Shown: piece by piece, positions 1 to 13,450 of the stretch
How the letters are laid out: each line of letters starts with the position of its first letter
How positions within the stretch are numbered: the stretch's first letter is position 1
NCBI RefSeq assembly: GCF_009914755.1
Contig: NC_060926.1
From: the human T2T-CHM13v2.0 reference genome, Homo sapiens
Strand: one strand, 5' to 3'
Length of the DNA: 64,000 nucleotides
Translations under genes and position numbers: made by a program
The notes under the pieces: model-generated
Told to the model about the DNA's origin: nothing
Databases searched by the model: none
The model's input: the letters and a program-made list of their open reading frames with translations, nothing else

Positions 1-481
1 AAGTGCTCCTACTGGGGAGTACTGGGACAGATGATGTCTAAGGATCTTTTAAACTCAAAATTCCCTGAGATAGGAGTCTAATTGCATGAGCAGATTCATG
101 ATGCCAGGCCATGGGCACAGTTCCTGGAGTGGAGTACCCAAGAATAAGTGACTGAGAGTCCTCTGCTTTGCCTGGAGCCCCTTGAAGGCAGGGACCGCCT
201 CTTGTCTAACTCTGGCCTGGTGTCCACCCGTGACTTAGGTCACAAATAAATACCTGCAGGCATGGGGCTGGACAGAGGTGGAGGCCTACAGCTATCAGCC
301 ACTTCCCGCGATACAAACCCTCAGGAAAACAGAAAACTTGATCAACTATTAAGTAAATGCCTGAGTGAATCTTTGGGGAAGTCTAATTATAGTTGGGTCT
401 AAAAAGAGAACATGGGCGATATGACAATTTCTCTACGTATTTTCAGAATTATTTTGAAGTTCTCTAAGTAAGACACCCCAA

Positions 482-549
482 ACACACACACACACACTCT
501 CTCTCTCTCTCTCTCTCTCTAGCTATCTCTCTCTCTCTCTCTCTCTCTC
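482..549. repeat. (CA)n-(CT)n compound microsatellite
   Basis: Direct reading: CA run followed by an interrupted CT run. Confidence 0.95.
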
Positions 550-588
550 AGTACACATACCATTCATGGCTATTTCCATCCCTTAGGG

Positions 589-893
589 GAGTGGTCCCTA
601 ACCTTTTTGGCACCAGGGACTGGTTTTGTGGAAGATAATTTTTCCACGGAGTGGGGGCAGGGGGTGGGGATGGTTTCAGGATGAAACTGCTCCAACTCAG
701 ATCATCAGGCATTAGATTCTCATAAGGAGCTCGCATGCACAGTTCACTTTAGGATTCTTGCTCCTCTGAGAATCTAATGCGCAGCTGATCTGATAGGAGG
801 CAGAGCTCAGGAGGGAACACTTGCTCACCAGCTGCTCACTTCCTGCTGTGTGGCCTGGTTCCTAAGGGGCCATAGACTGGTTGGAGACCCCTA
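589..893 (-). mobile_element. MER1B-like hAT-Charlie DNA transposon
   Basis: Termini gtggtccctaacctttttggcaccagggac and ggttggagacccct; 8-bp TSD ccttaggg (581-588) / ccttagga (894-901). Confidence 0.85.
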
Positions 894-1044
894 CCTTAGG
901 AAAAGCTCACTTAGAAGGGAGTATGTCACCTAGAAGGCTGCAGTCCCCAAGACATGCAAGGGAGTAGTTGTGTAGTTTGAGTCTATTCCTACAGTCAACT
1001 TTGGACACATTTATCAGGTGTCTACTATGCATGTTAGGACATAA

Positions 1045-1572
1045 ATTAGATAATGTTCCTCCCCTGCTTAAAACCCTCCAATGACTTCTCATTTCACTTA
1101 AAAAGTCCAAACTCTTAGGTCCACAGGGACCCACGAGATCTGGCCCCTCCTTAACTCTCTGCCTTCATCTCAAGTAATATTCTGCCTTGCTAATTTACCT
1201 TCCAAATCTTTCTGTTCCTTAAATGCACCAAGCTCATTTGCATCTTCAGGCCTTTTACTTGCAAGCCTGGTACTCACGCCTGGTACACTCATCTTTTTGT
1301 TCCTTTTTATTCTTCAAATGTCAGCAAAAATGCTCTCCCTCATGACCCATTTCTGCTGTTTTCTTTTATGCATAGCATGCGTCACCGCTTGACACTGTCT
1401 TATTTATCTGTTTATTTACTTGTATGTTTCTCTCCACTAGAATTCAAGCTCTATGAGAGCAGGGACCTTGTCCATCTTGTTTCTGCTGTTGCTTCAGCAT
1501 CTAATGCAGGTGTTTGACTGCTGTTGCTTCAGCATCTAATGCAGGTGTTTGAAAATAGTGTTTGTTGAATGG
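1045..1572 (+). mobile_element. L2 (L2a-like) 3' fragment
   Basis: ctgcttaaaaccctccaatg ... ctagaattcaagctctatgagagcagggaccttgtc ... tttgttgaat, typical of the L2 3' end. Confidence 0.75.
1483..1552. repeat. Perfect 35-bp tandem duplication
   Basis: ctgctgttgcttcagcatctaatgcaggtgtttga at 1483-1517 and 1518-1552. Confidence 0.95.
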
Positions 1573-1614
1573 AAAAGAAAATCAATGTTTCTTACGAATT
1601 CTACTACAGCATAA

Positions 1615-1956
<342 letters not shown>

Positions 1957-2439
1957 TAAGACTGTTCCCCCTGAAATGGTAAATAACAAATGCCAAGACT
2001 AGACTTAAGCCTTCTTGGGAGAAGCTGTTAAAGGGAAATTTTCCAGAGAAAAGGTCAGCAGGTAAAACCCTTGGCCCATCAGTGGGCCTGGCAGTGCAGG
2101 CAGAGTCTTATGCAGTGCAGGTGGCTTACACCATTGGGCAATGTGAAGAGAAAAATGGATTAAGAAAATTGAAAACAAATAGAACAATCAGAAAGGAAGG
2201 GGGGGAAATAAAAAGATAAAGAAAATAAGGCAAGAAAAGCTGGAGATGGGGAGAGATCATGTGGTGGGTAGAGGAGAGCTACAACCACACTGCTGACCTC
2301 AGAGGCTTTGGAAGCCACCTCTGCAGTGGATGACCCACAGGTGCTGGATGTAACAGTGCTGTCTGGCCTTCCGCAGTGAAGCGGAGTTCTCAGCTCAGTG
2401 TCAGCTTTTCCAGCAGCCACGTTCTTTAAAAAGAAAAGA

Positions 2440-2600
2440 ACTTTAAGGCTGCAGGAGACTTGCAGAGATCAAAGTCTACATCACCACTTACAGAGGAAGA
2501 AACAGGGGTCCAGAGAAGTTAGGCATCCTGCTCATGTCACACAGCTGGCAGCAGCAGAGCAGTGGCCAAAGCCTGGGCTCCACTCCACTGTCCAGCGCCA
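2440..2600 (-). mobile_element. MIR fragment
   Basis: ttacagaggaagaaacagggg...agagaagtt...gtcacacagct resembles the antisense MIR core. Confidence 0.6.
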
Positions 2601-3507
2601 TTAATGTCTTTAGCCTCATTTCAGGTTCGGGTGATACCACCTACCTCCTTTCTGTAAGTACAAGAAGAGGCAGAAGAAAGAGGGTGGAGAGAAAGGCTGT
2701 GATGCGAATGGGAGAGGTTGTTATACTATAACCAAAGGCCTGAGATAAGTGGATTGAAAGCCTGGATGAATAAAGACAATCACAATTCTGGACTTAAAGA
2801 GAATTTTAAATGCGTATCTCTTTCCCATTTAATATGCATCAGTCTGAGCTTAATGACAGAGTAAAACAATAACCAATAGGCTCGCAGACCAATCACATAA
2901 AGAATCCTCCATATTAATCTATAGAAATAAAAAACCAAGAGCAGGCAGAAGATTATAAAACAATAATGTAGGTCTAGCCAGTGTAGAAAAAGTGCTGAAG
3001 AATCACAGCCTCCTGCCGTGGCCCCCAGTCAACATGGACTGAATCAGTGCAACAGTGGCATGTGTAAAATATGGCAACATAAGTTTTAAATAATTCTGGT
3101 TTTTCAAGTTGTGTTTCCATGACTACCTGTTATGGTGCAGTATTTCCCCAGTAGTGGAAAGGTGTTTTATAATACTGCATCCCGCAGTTCTAAAACTTAC
3201 ATTATTCCTTCTTATACTGCAGAATGACTCCTTATAGATTTTTAGGGTGAAAAAGAAACACTACCAGATTAAAGATATGCATTAGTTGTAAGAATCTATT
3301 TTCAAAATGTTAAAATATGGGAATTATTTGATTTAAAAGAGCAGAAACAAAGGAATAATCCTCTCCACCACATAATTATCAGTACAGCTACATACAGGGT
3401 TGATCATTTAAAAATAATCTCAGAAACATAGATAAATTAAAAACAAACCTTGTAGTATTCTGCACCCTGTTAATATAAATTGATGTAATCTTACTTGGGG
3501 AAAAGTC

Positions 3508-4480
3508 TGCAGTGTATTCTGTTGTGTTTTGGCAGCTCAGCAACCATTCCCCCTACTTATAATCACGTCCATTTGTTTGTATGGAGAATCATCCCGTGCT
3601 CACTCTCAAACCATGTGCATCCAGAGGCATTCACTCCCATTCCAGACAGAGGAAAAGCATGTGATTCAAGGCTGGCTAATCAGAGCCTTGCATTCATTTG
3701 GCCCTAGAGACTTCTGGTGATGGCTTGTGATCATCAGAATCAAGGAAACTTGTAGGCTGAGGCGAGCTCTATCCCTGAGGGATGAGGCTGGAACCAGATC
3801 TGTTGAGGATGTAGGGGATGGGCCTGCTGCACTCATCCTTTGACCACATGGGGTCTAAAACCAAGACCAACAAAATGGGAATTGGAAGATGGAGAAAAAC
3901 CAAGTGCTGGTGTTGTTGGTTGAGCCCTGAATCTATCTATAACTGAAGATGGCCTTTTTCTAGACCTTTAATTTATGCAAATAAATTCTCTATTTTATTT
4001 AAGCTGGTATGGTCACGTTTTCTATCATTAGCAATGCAAAGACTCTTAAGTGATAAAGGAATTGGTACTAGAAGTGAGTGTTGAATGTGACTAAGCCTAA
4101 AATGTGCAACTGGCTGATTTGAGGTTGGGGAAGGCTAGCGCAGGCTGGCCTGGACTGGAAAATTGGCAGTCCTTGTTAAGTGACAACAAAATAGCTAGTT
4201 ATGCTGCCACCTATTGACTCCTCGGTCTGAGACAGGAGCCTACTCATGGTACACCATTAATGGATTCACTAGAAAAGCATTTAGAATGGTGCAGTGTGTT
4301 GGCTATTTCTTGTGTCTTTTAGTAAGATCCACAGGAAAGAGATAAATGTAGGCTCAAAACTGACTAGAGGCACAGAGGGAAAAAATACGGCTTTGTTAAG
4401 AGAGGCCTTTTTTTGGCTGTGATCTGCAACCAAGATGGGTGAGAGTCAAATAATTTGGAGACTTGCAGGTTGGAAAACCC
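3508..4480 (+). mobile_element. MLT1 (J/K-like) MaLR LTR (about 3508-4056) plus start of the internal region
   Basis: LTR 3' part aataaattctc...tttaagct...ttctatcattagcaa...tgata followed by gaattggtactagaagtg, as in MLT internal starts. Confidence 0.65.
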
Positions 4481-4519
4481 AAATTCTCTACAGCATGCTA
4501 ACATTAGATAGAGTGGGGA

Positions 4520-5561
4520 GGGACCCGATCATAATCCTGAGAGACACAATTCCAAACACCAGAATCCTGAATACTGAAATCCCAAAAGATCAAAATCCTG
4601 AAAATATAATTCTGGAAGAAATAATAGAGAATTATTTGAAAGATATTTATTTACATTTTAAAGGAGGATTTATTTAAGAAACATATAAAAACATGACAGA
4701 ACACTTCATAGGCCATTTTACACAATAAAATAGACAATAATAACACAAATATTTTTGCAAGCATAAACACTCAGGTATTCCAACGACAGTAGCACAGGTA
4801 TAGAAGTTATAAGCAGACATCTGTATTCATAAAGAAATAGGGCAAGAAGAGAAGTGTACAAATGCATATCACTACAGTTGGTATTGTTTGTGCCCAGCTT
4901 TATAAATTTGGTCATCTGAAATACTGTGACAAAGAATCTTTTGATGAGATCAATAAAAAACTGTGACATGCAGTTACCACATAGGCAGTTGCCCAAAGAG
5001 CTGAGATCTCAAGAAATTTTCTTCACAAACGCAGATTTGTATAAAAGGCCATCTCTTCATTTATTGAGGATGTTTCAACATTTTTATGTATATGCGCAAT
5101 GCTTACACACAAAGTCAATGCTGTGCTGATGCATTTTTATGGAGTTAAATTTGCAAAAAAGGCATTTAATGAATTAGAATTTTCCAAAAGTCTCTTCACA
5201 ATGTATATGTCCAGTATTGGAAATGATGAAAAGATGAAATAGATGGCATAGTGAATTATAAAAAATCATGCTGAAACTTTAAAATAGTGGAAAAAAAACT
5301 AAAATAAGAAAAAGAACTAAAAAGAAAATTCAACATATGAAAAGAGTATTATGGGGATAGATTATGGGCAATTGCATGGAGATAGTCCGAAGAGCTGGCC
5401 TAACATGATGCAGCTATTCTGTGATTGTGATTTTGGGGATTTTAGATGTTCAGGATTTTAGACTTTAGAGATTTATACTTTAGGGATTTTCATCTTTGGG
5501 AATTTCAACATTTGGGATTATGGTGTTCTGGACTGTGTCTTTTGGGATTATGATCCAGATC
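4520..5561 (-). mobile_element. Ricksha-type MULE/MuDR non-autonomous DNA transposon
   Basis: About 70-bp terminal inverted repeats (gatcataatcctgagagacacaattccaaacaccagaatcc... / ...gggattatggtgttctggactgtgtcttttgggattatgatc) and subterminal gattttagactttag repeats. Confidence 0.8.
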
Positions 5562-5861
5562 TGGAGTAACTCTACTCTGACTCCAGGAATGGAAAGTGAC
5601 CAGCCCTGGCTAATTAAAGCCTTGGGTTCCCTGGCTGCAGTGACTGGTTCAGAGACTACTTTTGAACCAAGGAGATGTAGTGAGACTTATTCTAAGGTGT
5701 GTGGGGCTGAATTGGTAGTATGTTATCCACATTAGAGGTGTGGGGCTGGAATGGCAGTATTATACCCACATTATAGACGTGGAGACTGAGCATGAAGCCA
5801 ATGCAGTAAGAGCGAGGGGAGCCTGAGACTCAAGAGGTACAGCAATCAAAAGCAACATGTG

Positions 5862-6568
<707 letters not shown>

Positions 6569-6877
6569 ACTTGTGGCTCATTCCCTTCCTTATCCACTAG
6601 AGGCTGTTAAAGAGGTTTGCTTAATCTAGTGTAAAAATGCTCAGACTTGTAGAGGTAACTTACAGAGTTACAGAAGTTACCTTTTACTTCTCAAAATAAT
6701 TTCTTTTGCTCTTGGAGAAACTGGATAGAATGAGGGCTCCCCTACAATGGTCAAAGAACAAGTGGTTCTTCCCAGAAAAGGAGTAAACTCTCAAAATCTG
6801 AACACCCATTATTAGTGGCAATAAAAAAGTAAAAATAAAAGTCCAACCAACAAAAGAACAGACCCTTTTTTCTAGAT

Positions 6878-7196
6878 CAGCACTGTTCAGTAGAAATATA
6901 ATTTGAGTTACGTGTGCAATTCTATATTTTCTACGAGCTATGTTAGAAATAGTAAAAGTAAATAGGTGAGATTGTAATATTTTCTTTTAACACACTACTT
7001 CAAAAATAGTATCAAAAAAACCAATGAAAATCCCCCCAAATAGTATCATTATAACATGTACTAAACATTTGAAAAGAACTATGAATTAGGTATTTTATAC
7101 TCTTTTTTTCACAAGAAGTCTTCAGAAACTGGTGTTTACTTTACTACTGGCAGCACTTCAAGTGCTCCAGAGCCACTACCACACTGGGCAACACAA
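6878..7196 (+). mobile_element. MER33 hAT-Charlie
   Basis: cagcactgttcagtagaaatataat start; TSD ttctagat / ctctagac. Confidence 0.75.
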
Positions 7197-7546
7197 CTCT
7201 AGACAGTGAGGGCCTGACACGCAGGCCCCATCTTACTCATCTTTTATGCTGGCAGGATGCCTGAATGACACTTAACAGATGTTCAATCAATGTCAGTCCC
7301 GGAAAAGTCTTGGTCCACCTAGAGCCAACTCTGCGCTTTATAGTTATAAATTCTTAGGAAGAGTTTATTCTGCTTGAAGCCATCTCTTAAAACAAGGAAT
7401 TGACTAGGTATTGTTGGATTTGTGGCCAGTAGAAGAGCTAAATTGGCTTCTCTTCCCCGAGGTCTTAGTGCTAACACTTCTAGTACCACATGTGAAGAGA
7501 TACTGCAGTAAAGAAGTTTTAAATTAAGGGCTCAGAAAAAATACAT

Positions 7547-8214
<668 letters not shown>

Positions 8215-8224
8215 TTCACGGACT

Positions 8225-8595
8225 CAAACACTTCAGTGGCTTTCCATTTTATACCAAGTAAAACCTAAAGTCCTTGCCATGACTAGCAAGGTCCTCGAGG
8301 ATTTGACACTCCCCCACTTCCCCTCTCCTTCCTTGACCTCTTTCCCTACCTTCTCCCCCCATCTCTTTGCCTTAGGGATTTTGTGCTTGCTGTCCCCTCT
8401 TCTGAGGACACTGTTCTCTTGGCTGCTCCCCTCACTCCACTCATGTTCTGCAGTATTTGTGCCTGATCTGCTCTTCCCACCAGAGAGGCAGCTCCACGAG
8501 GGCAGAGTTTGTCTTGGTCACTGCTGCTGCCCCAACAACTTAGAACAGTATCTGGCATAATGCAGGTGCTTGAAAATATTTGTAAGTGAATTTTA
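8225..8595 (+). mobile_element. L2 fragment
   Basis: cttcagtggctttcc...agctccacgagggcagag...tagaacagtatctggcataatgcaggtgcttg. Confidence 0.6.
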
Positions 8596-9809
8596 CAAGC
8601 TTCCAGCTCTAAGTTTAGTTCTAACTTTCACTTAACCTGGGGTTGTGATTATGCTGCTCCACGTTTGGCTCTAGGCAAAAAGGTGCCAGGATAAAGTGGA
8701 AATTGTTAGATTTGCTCTCCAAAAAGACCTGGGGAGGCTCTTGCTTCTCCCAACAGGTTGACACAAGACAGCCATTTAAAAAGACAATAATGGGGGGCCC
8801 TGCCAACAGATTTAACGACTCTTTCTCACGCAGGGCTGTTTGCCAGTGTCAGGAAGAGAATGAGTTAGAAAATAGTGAGATGACTGACTTGGAAAAGAGG
8901 CAGGGGAACCAAACTAGGGTGAAAAAAAAGAGGCCCAGGACTATCTAGAAAGGACAGTCCCATAACGGCTTCACGTACTCATATCCAACAAATCTGCATT
9001 CTATGCCCCTGTGTGCCTGATGCCAGTACCCTAGATGCTGAGGACACAGCGTGGAAGTTCACCTCTCCATGCTGAGTTTGGCAGTTTTGTGCTCAGCAAA
9101 AACCAAGAAACAAAAAGCAAACAAATACAAGTGCTGAGGTTGGAACATCACTTGCCTTATTTCTTTGAAGAGAAAATGATTTCACATGTGGAAAGACCAT
9201 TCATGTTTTTTTCTTTTTTTTTTCTAAGCACTATCTTGTCTTAGGTAATTTAATTAAAATGCAAACATTTCCCAGTTACCAGCATCCAATATAAGTGGCC
9301 CCCAGGGGAAAACCCATGTGAATGATAGAAAGAGGCTTCTTGCAACCCAAGGGAGAAACTGGTGGAAAGCCCCATTTTCACATCCTGCCAGGTACATACT
9401 TGTGCACACACACTGAGAGAAGCTGCTGGCATGAAGATAGCTGTGTGTTCCCTATGGTTGCTAATCATTAGGTATAAAGGCCAGAATGGGCCTTTACAAT
9501 TACTTCTGGGCTGGTGAAAGTAGCCATATTGTTCCTTATTCAGACTTCTCTGTAGCTAAATGGCTATTCAGTATCACCTGCTGGAGGACAGAACTATATG
9601 GACACTAAAGGCCCCTCCCTTGGATTCTCAGGAACAAGGGTAAATAGCTCTGCACCTCTGGGCCTGACACCACCCATCTGAACACTGTGGGAAGGGCTCA
9701 GTGACCTAAGACTCCCCTAGGGGCCCTCTGACTGCATATAAGCCAGGCCTGGCTAGTGCAGCTGCCTGGGAGAGGCAGACCCAACTACTCTGCAGGTGGA
9801 CAGTAAATG

Positions 9810-10468
9810 GTGGGCATTTGTGAGTGCCATAAGAATGGGGGGCCTTCCTGGGATTCAGATGATCTGCAATGTACCACACTGTCTCACTCAGTAAAGAATT
9901 GTCCCACAGGACCTTCAAAGGTCCTGTTACATATTGATGTGGTTGAAAAAACTATTTCTAGTTATCTGAGCCTAGACCTTAACTCCAATTTATATATAAA
10001 CTCAAAATAGTTATTGCACTGTTGTATTCATTCCCTGTATTTTCCGGTAATGCAAATGTCATACAAATGAAATACTTTGTTTTGTTCAGATATTTACCAA
10101 GAGTTAGTTGCCCCTTTGGAAAATCATGAGCCCAAGGACAATGTCAATGGTGTTACTGAAGTCTTTAACTCAAGAGAGCCTGCAATGGCAGCTGTCACAC
10201 CCACCGTGATCCTACGCATACACGCAAACATCTGACCATGTACTTTTGTTTTCTGATGAGTTGTACCTGATCACTTACAAACTGAAGTTATTTTATAATA
10301 AATTACTTTCATTTCTCTTTTAAATTAAGACTACATTGATTTGGAGGGAAATTGTGTGTGAAGTCAGATTATTTTATTTGTGAAGGTTCACTGAAGATTT
10401 TGAAGAGGGCATTAGAAAATACTGTTATTACAAGTGGGCACGGGGTCAGTCGGGGCTGGGAGCCACTG
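9810..10468 (+). mobile_element. MER20B-like hAT-Charlie
   Basis: aaagaattgtcccac...ttatctgagcctaga...tactttgttttgttcag...tttaccaagagtt...ttattttataataaattactttc... ending gagccactg. Confidence 0.7.
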
Positions 10469-10584
10469 CTTCTGGTGGTCCTGGGATGTCTACATGTGCC
10501 TGAGCTCCGTTTAAAGTCATGAAAGGCCAATCAGACGATTCTGCTCATCCAGCCTGGGCAGTGGAGACCACCACAGCTACTCAC

Positions 10585-10786
10585 CTCTGATCCTGTGAAG
10601 GAGCTTCACATTTTGTTACCAAACATATCACAGAGGCGTGGGTGATTCTTTCTCCTGTTTCTCAGCAGATCCTGCTTTTCTCAGTGGCTTGGCCAGAACA
10701 GAATTTGTTCTACTCGAATGACCCCAGATTCCCTCCAAGAACTTCCCTCCTCTCATTCAGCTTCTCTGGATTCTTCAAATGACTGA
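10585..10786 (-). other. Candidate exon D of a minus-strand transcript
   Basis: Acceptor ttttccaacaatctgtttccccag| and donor GAG|GTGAGT on the minus strand; non-repetitive DNA; motif evidence only. Confidence 0.35.
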
Positions 10787-11029
10787 CTGGGGAAACAGAT
10801 TGTTGGAAAAACACTTTCGGGTTGCCTCGATGGGGTCAATACCTTATCAGGCCACAGGAAAGACAAAGGAAAATGCTTCCTGCTGGAGCATGTGCACATA
10901 TGTTGTTCCTTTAACTCCAAATACGTATGCAGGGGTGGTGGTAGGATCAGAAAATGTGTGATCAGAAAGTGACCAGTTCCCCACCATTTTGTGTGGGTTT
11001 TATTTTCTTTCTGCTCCGTGTTGACTCTT

Positions 11030-11250
11030 TTCCCCACAACACGGAAGCTGCTTAATCCAAAGACTTGGACCATTTCATTCTGTTTCAGATCCATTCCAAC
11101 AAAATGATCAGTTGGTGGCTTATGTAAAAAGCAGCTCCATGACTACATTTAAATACTGACTAGTTTGGGAATAACAAACCACAAAAATTTGGGGTATAAA
11201 AACCACATGTGGTTTATGTTTTGTAGGACACCCTCAGGAAGATAAATGGA
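11030..11250. promoter_or_regulatory. Candidate enhancer/promoter with RUNX, ETS and GATA motifs
   Basis: AACCACA at 11177; palindrome AAACCACATGTGGTTT at 11200-11215; CAGGAAGATAAA at 11235; CGGAAG at 11042; TATAAAA at 11195. Confidence 0.45.
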
Positions 11251-11757
11251 CAAAGTAGAAAAAAAATATAAATGGTCTCTCCCTGCCTCACCCCCACCAT
11301 CATTAAATAAAAACAAAAAACACACAAAAATAAAATGAAACAATGATTAAACAAAACTCAAGCTGGGTGCTACTCCTGGCTTTGGATGGCAGTTGTGTCT
11401 TGGCAAGGCAAGTTAAGTAGTGGTCTGGGAACTGTGGCTAAGGTCAACGTGTCAGAATAGCCCGACATAACCTCCACCTTGGTCAACAGCTCACCCAGCT
11501 CCTGACCACGGCTCCTCTCTGTCACCAGCACTTCCTCCTTCCAGATGAGCTTCTCCAACCTCTAGGTCCCTGCAGTCACTGACCTTTTCCCCCAGATCTG
11601 GCCCCACACTCAACCTCCCGGCCCTCTTCTCCAGCCAAAAGAAAAACGCACAAAACTGTAGATGACTTTCTAGAAATAGAAGTGTTTTATAATCTTTGTG
11701 TGTCTCTAATGCCACTGTTAACTAGCGAGCAGCTGTGCTAGGGCTCCATGCACAGCA

Positions 11758-11862
11758 GCCATTCAACAAATACTCAGTATCTTCATGTTCCAAGGTTGCT
11801 TTAGGGGATACTACAAAGATTAAACAGACAAAATTGTCCACCGTCATGGAGCTTACACTCCT
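11758..11862 (-). mobile_element. L2 3'-end fragment
   Basis: cattcaacaaatact...gtcatggagcttacactc. Confidence 0.6.
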
Positions 11863-12609
11863 ATCTGCGTTGATGATGTGTGGAAGGAAATTTACCCTCT
11901 GTTTTATGCTGTGCAGGTGTTCATTTAGGCCCAGCTCATATTATATTATGAAGAGCAGCCTCACCAAGATCACTGTCAGAGCAGCACTAATCCAGGCAAA
12001 CTAGGATGCAAATGGAAAGGGCTCCAAAGTCCTTTGGGGGTTAGTCGTTTCAATCCAAGGACCATTTCCATAAAACAAAAACAAAAACAAACAAACAAAA
12101 AAACTTGATGATATATTGCTAGGCCAGCCCACAAAAGTATATTTAGTTCATAATGTCACTAAACTAAAACTTCAGTTCTGAGTCCTCAAAGGAAAGGACT
12201 TTAAGGTGGTATCAGGAGGAGGAGGAGGGAGGGTCGTCCCTCTCTGGGGCTCCCCAGCCTCAGCTTCTGCCTCTGCCCCCACCTTCAGGCCACCTCCAAA
12301 CTTTCCCTTGGTCTCATGCAAGACACTAAGGGGCTCCTGTCCCCCAAATATTTCTTACCCTAAATTGTAATTCCCTTTCCTGGGATAAGATGATCTCATT
12401 GAGGCATCAGGAGGAAATCAAGTTGTCTTTTATTTAAAAGAGAAGAGAGGTGTTAACCCATGTTAACCCATATGATGTTGAATTTTTTTGAGATCAGAGA
12501 AGACATTTAGTTGGAGGAAGACACCACATAGTACAGTCACACACTGTCTAGGGTTAACTTTGTTAAGTTTCTCCCACTTTTCATAGTTTGATTCCTTCAC
12601 TTAAATAAC

Positions 12610-12905
12610 TTTATTTTTTTTTGAGACAGATTCCTGCTCTATCACCCAGGCCAGAGTGCAGTGGCATGATCAACTCGCTGCAGCTTCAAACTCCTAGGCT
12701 CAAGCAATCCTCCCACCTCCTGAGTAGCTGGGACTACAGGTGCATGCTGCCTCGCTTGGCTAATTTTTACAAATTTTTTATTTTTGTAGAGACGTAGTCT
12801 TGCTATGTTGCCTAGGCTACCTTCAAACTCTTGGCCTCAAGCAATCATCCTGCCTTGGCCTCCCAAAGTACTGGGATTATAGGTGTGTGCCACCATACCC
12901 CACCT
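12610..12905 (-). mobile_element. AluJ
   Basis: J-type ctcaagcaatcctccc motifs in both arms, T tail. Confidence 0.9.
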
Positions 12906-12929
12906 ATTTTTAAAAATCACCCATTAATA

Positions 12930-13450
12930 CCCAGAGAAAACCAGTTATCATCTTAGAATTTCTTTCCAGTGTTTTTCTTTCTTTTTGTGTTTGTATTTAA
13001 AATGGGATCATACTTTGGATGTGTACGTGCGTCTGTATATATCCTTCTTTTTCACATTTCCCCATATTATTCTCTTAACACAATTTTAATAGTTGCATAT
13101 CTCATTTTCTGGATGTTCTATTATCTATGTAAATATTTTTTATTGTTAGACATTTAAATTGCATCCAATTTCATTATTACAAATCCTATTATAATTAATA
13201 TACTTGCATCTGAATGTTTTGTAATCATTTTATAGTATTTCCTTAGGATAAATTTTTAGAGTACAATCACTAGAAGACATGAACAGTTTTTTTTTTAAGG
13301 AATCTTGATACATACGATTAAATTATTTTCTCAAAGTTTTAGCTTGCATACTCCCATCAGTACTCATTTCTTCTTTTTAACATGTGCTATTATGACGTTT
13401 CAAAATCTTTGCCAATTTGATAGGTTTATTTATTGTCTTCTCCATTATTA
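12930..13450 (-). mobile_element. Degenerate L1M(E) fragment
   Basis: tattgttagacatttaaattg...tttccttaggataaatttttagag...ctttgccaatttgatagg resembles antisense L1M. Confidence 0.55.

Noticed and set aside
5696-5777. Degenerate 40-bp tandem duplication (ggtgtggggctg...ccacatta)
   Set aside because: Only two diverged copies and no spacer structure; an ordinary old duplication.
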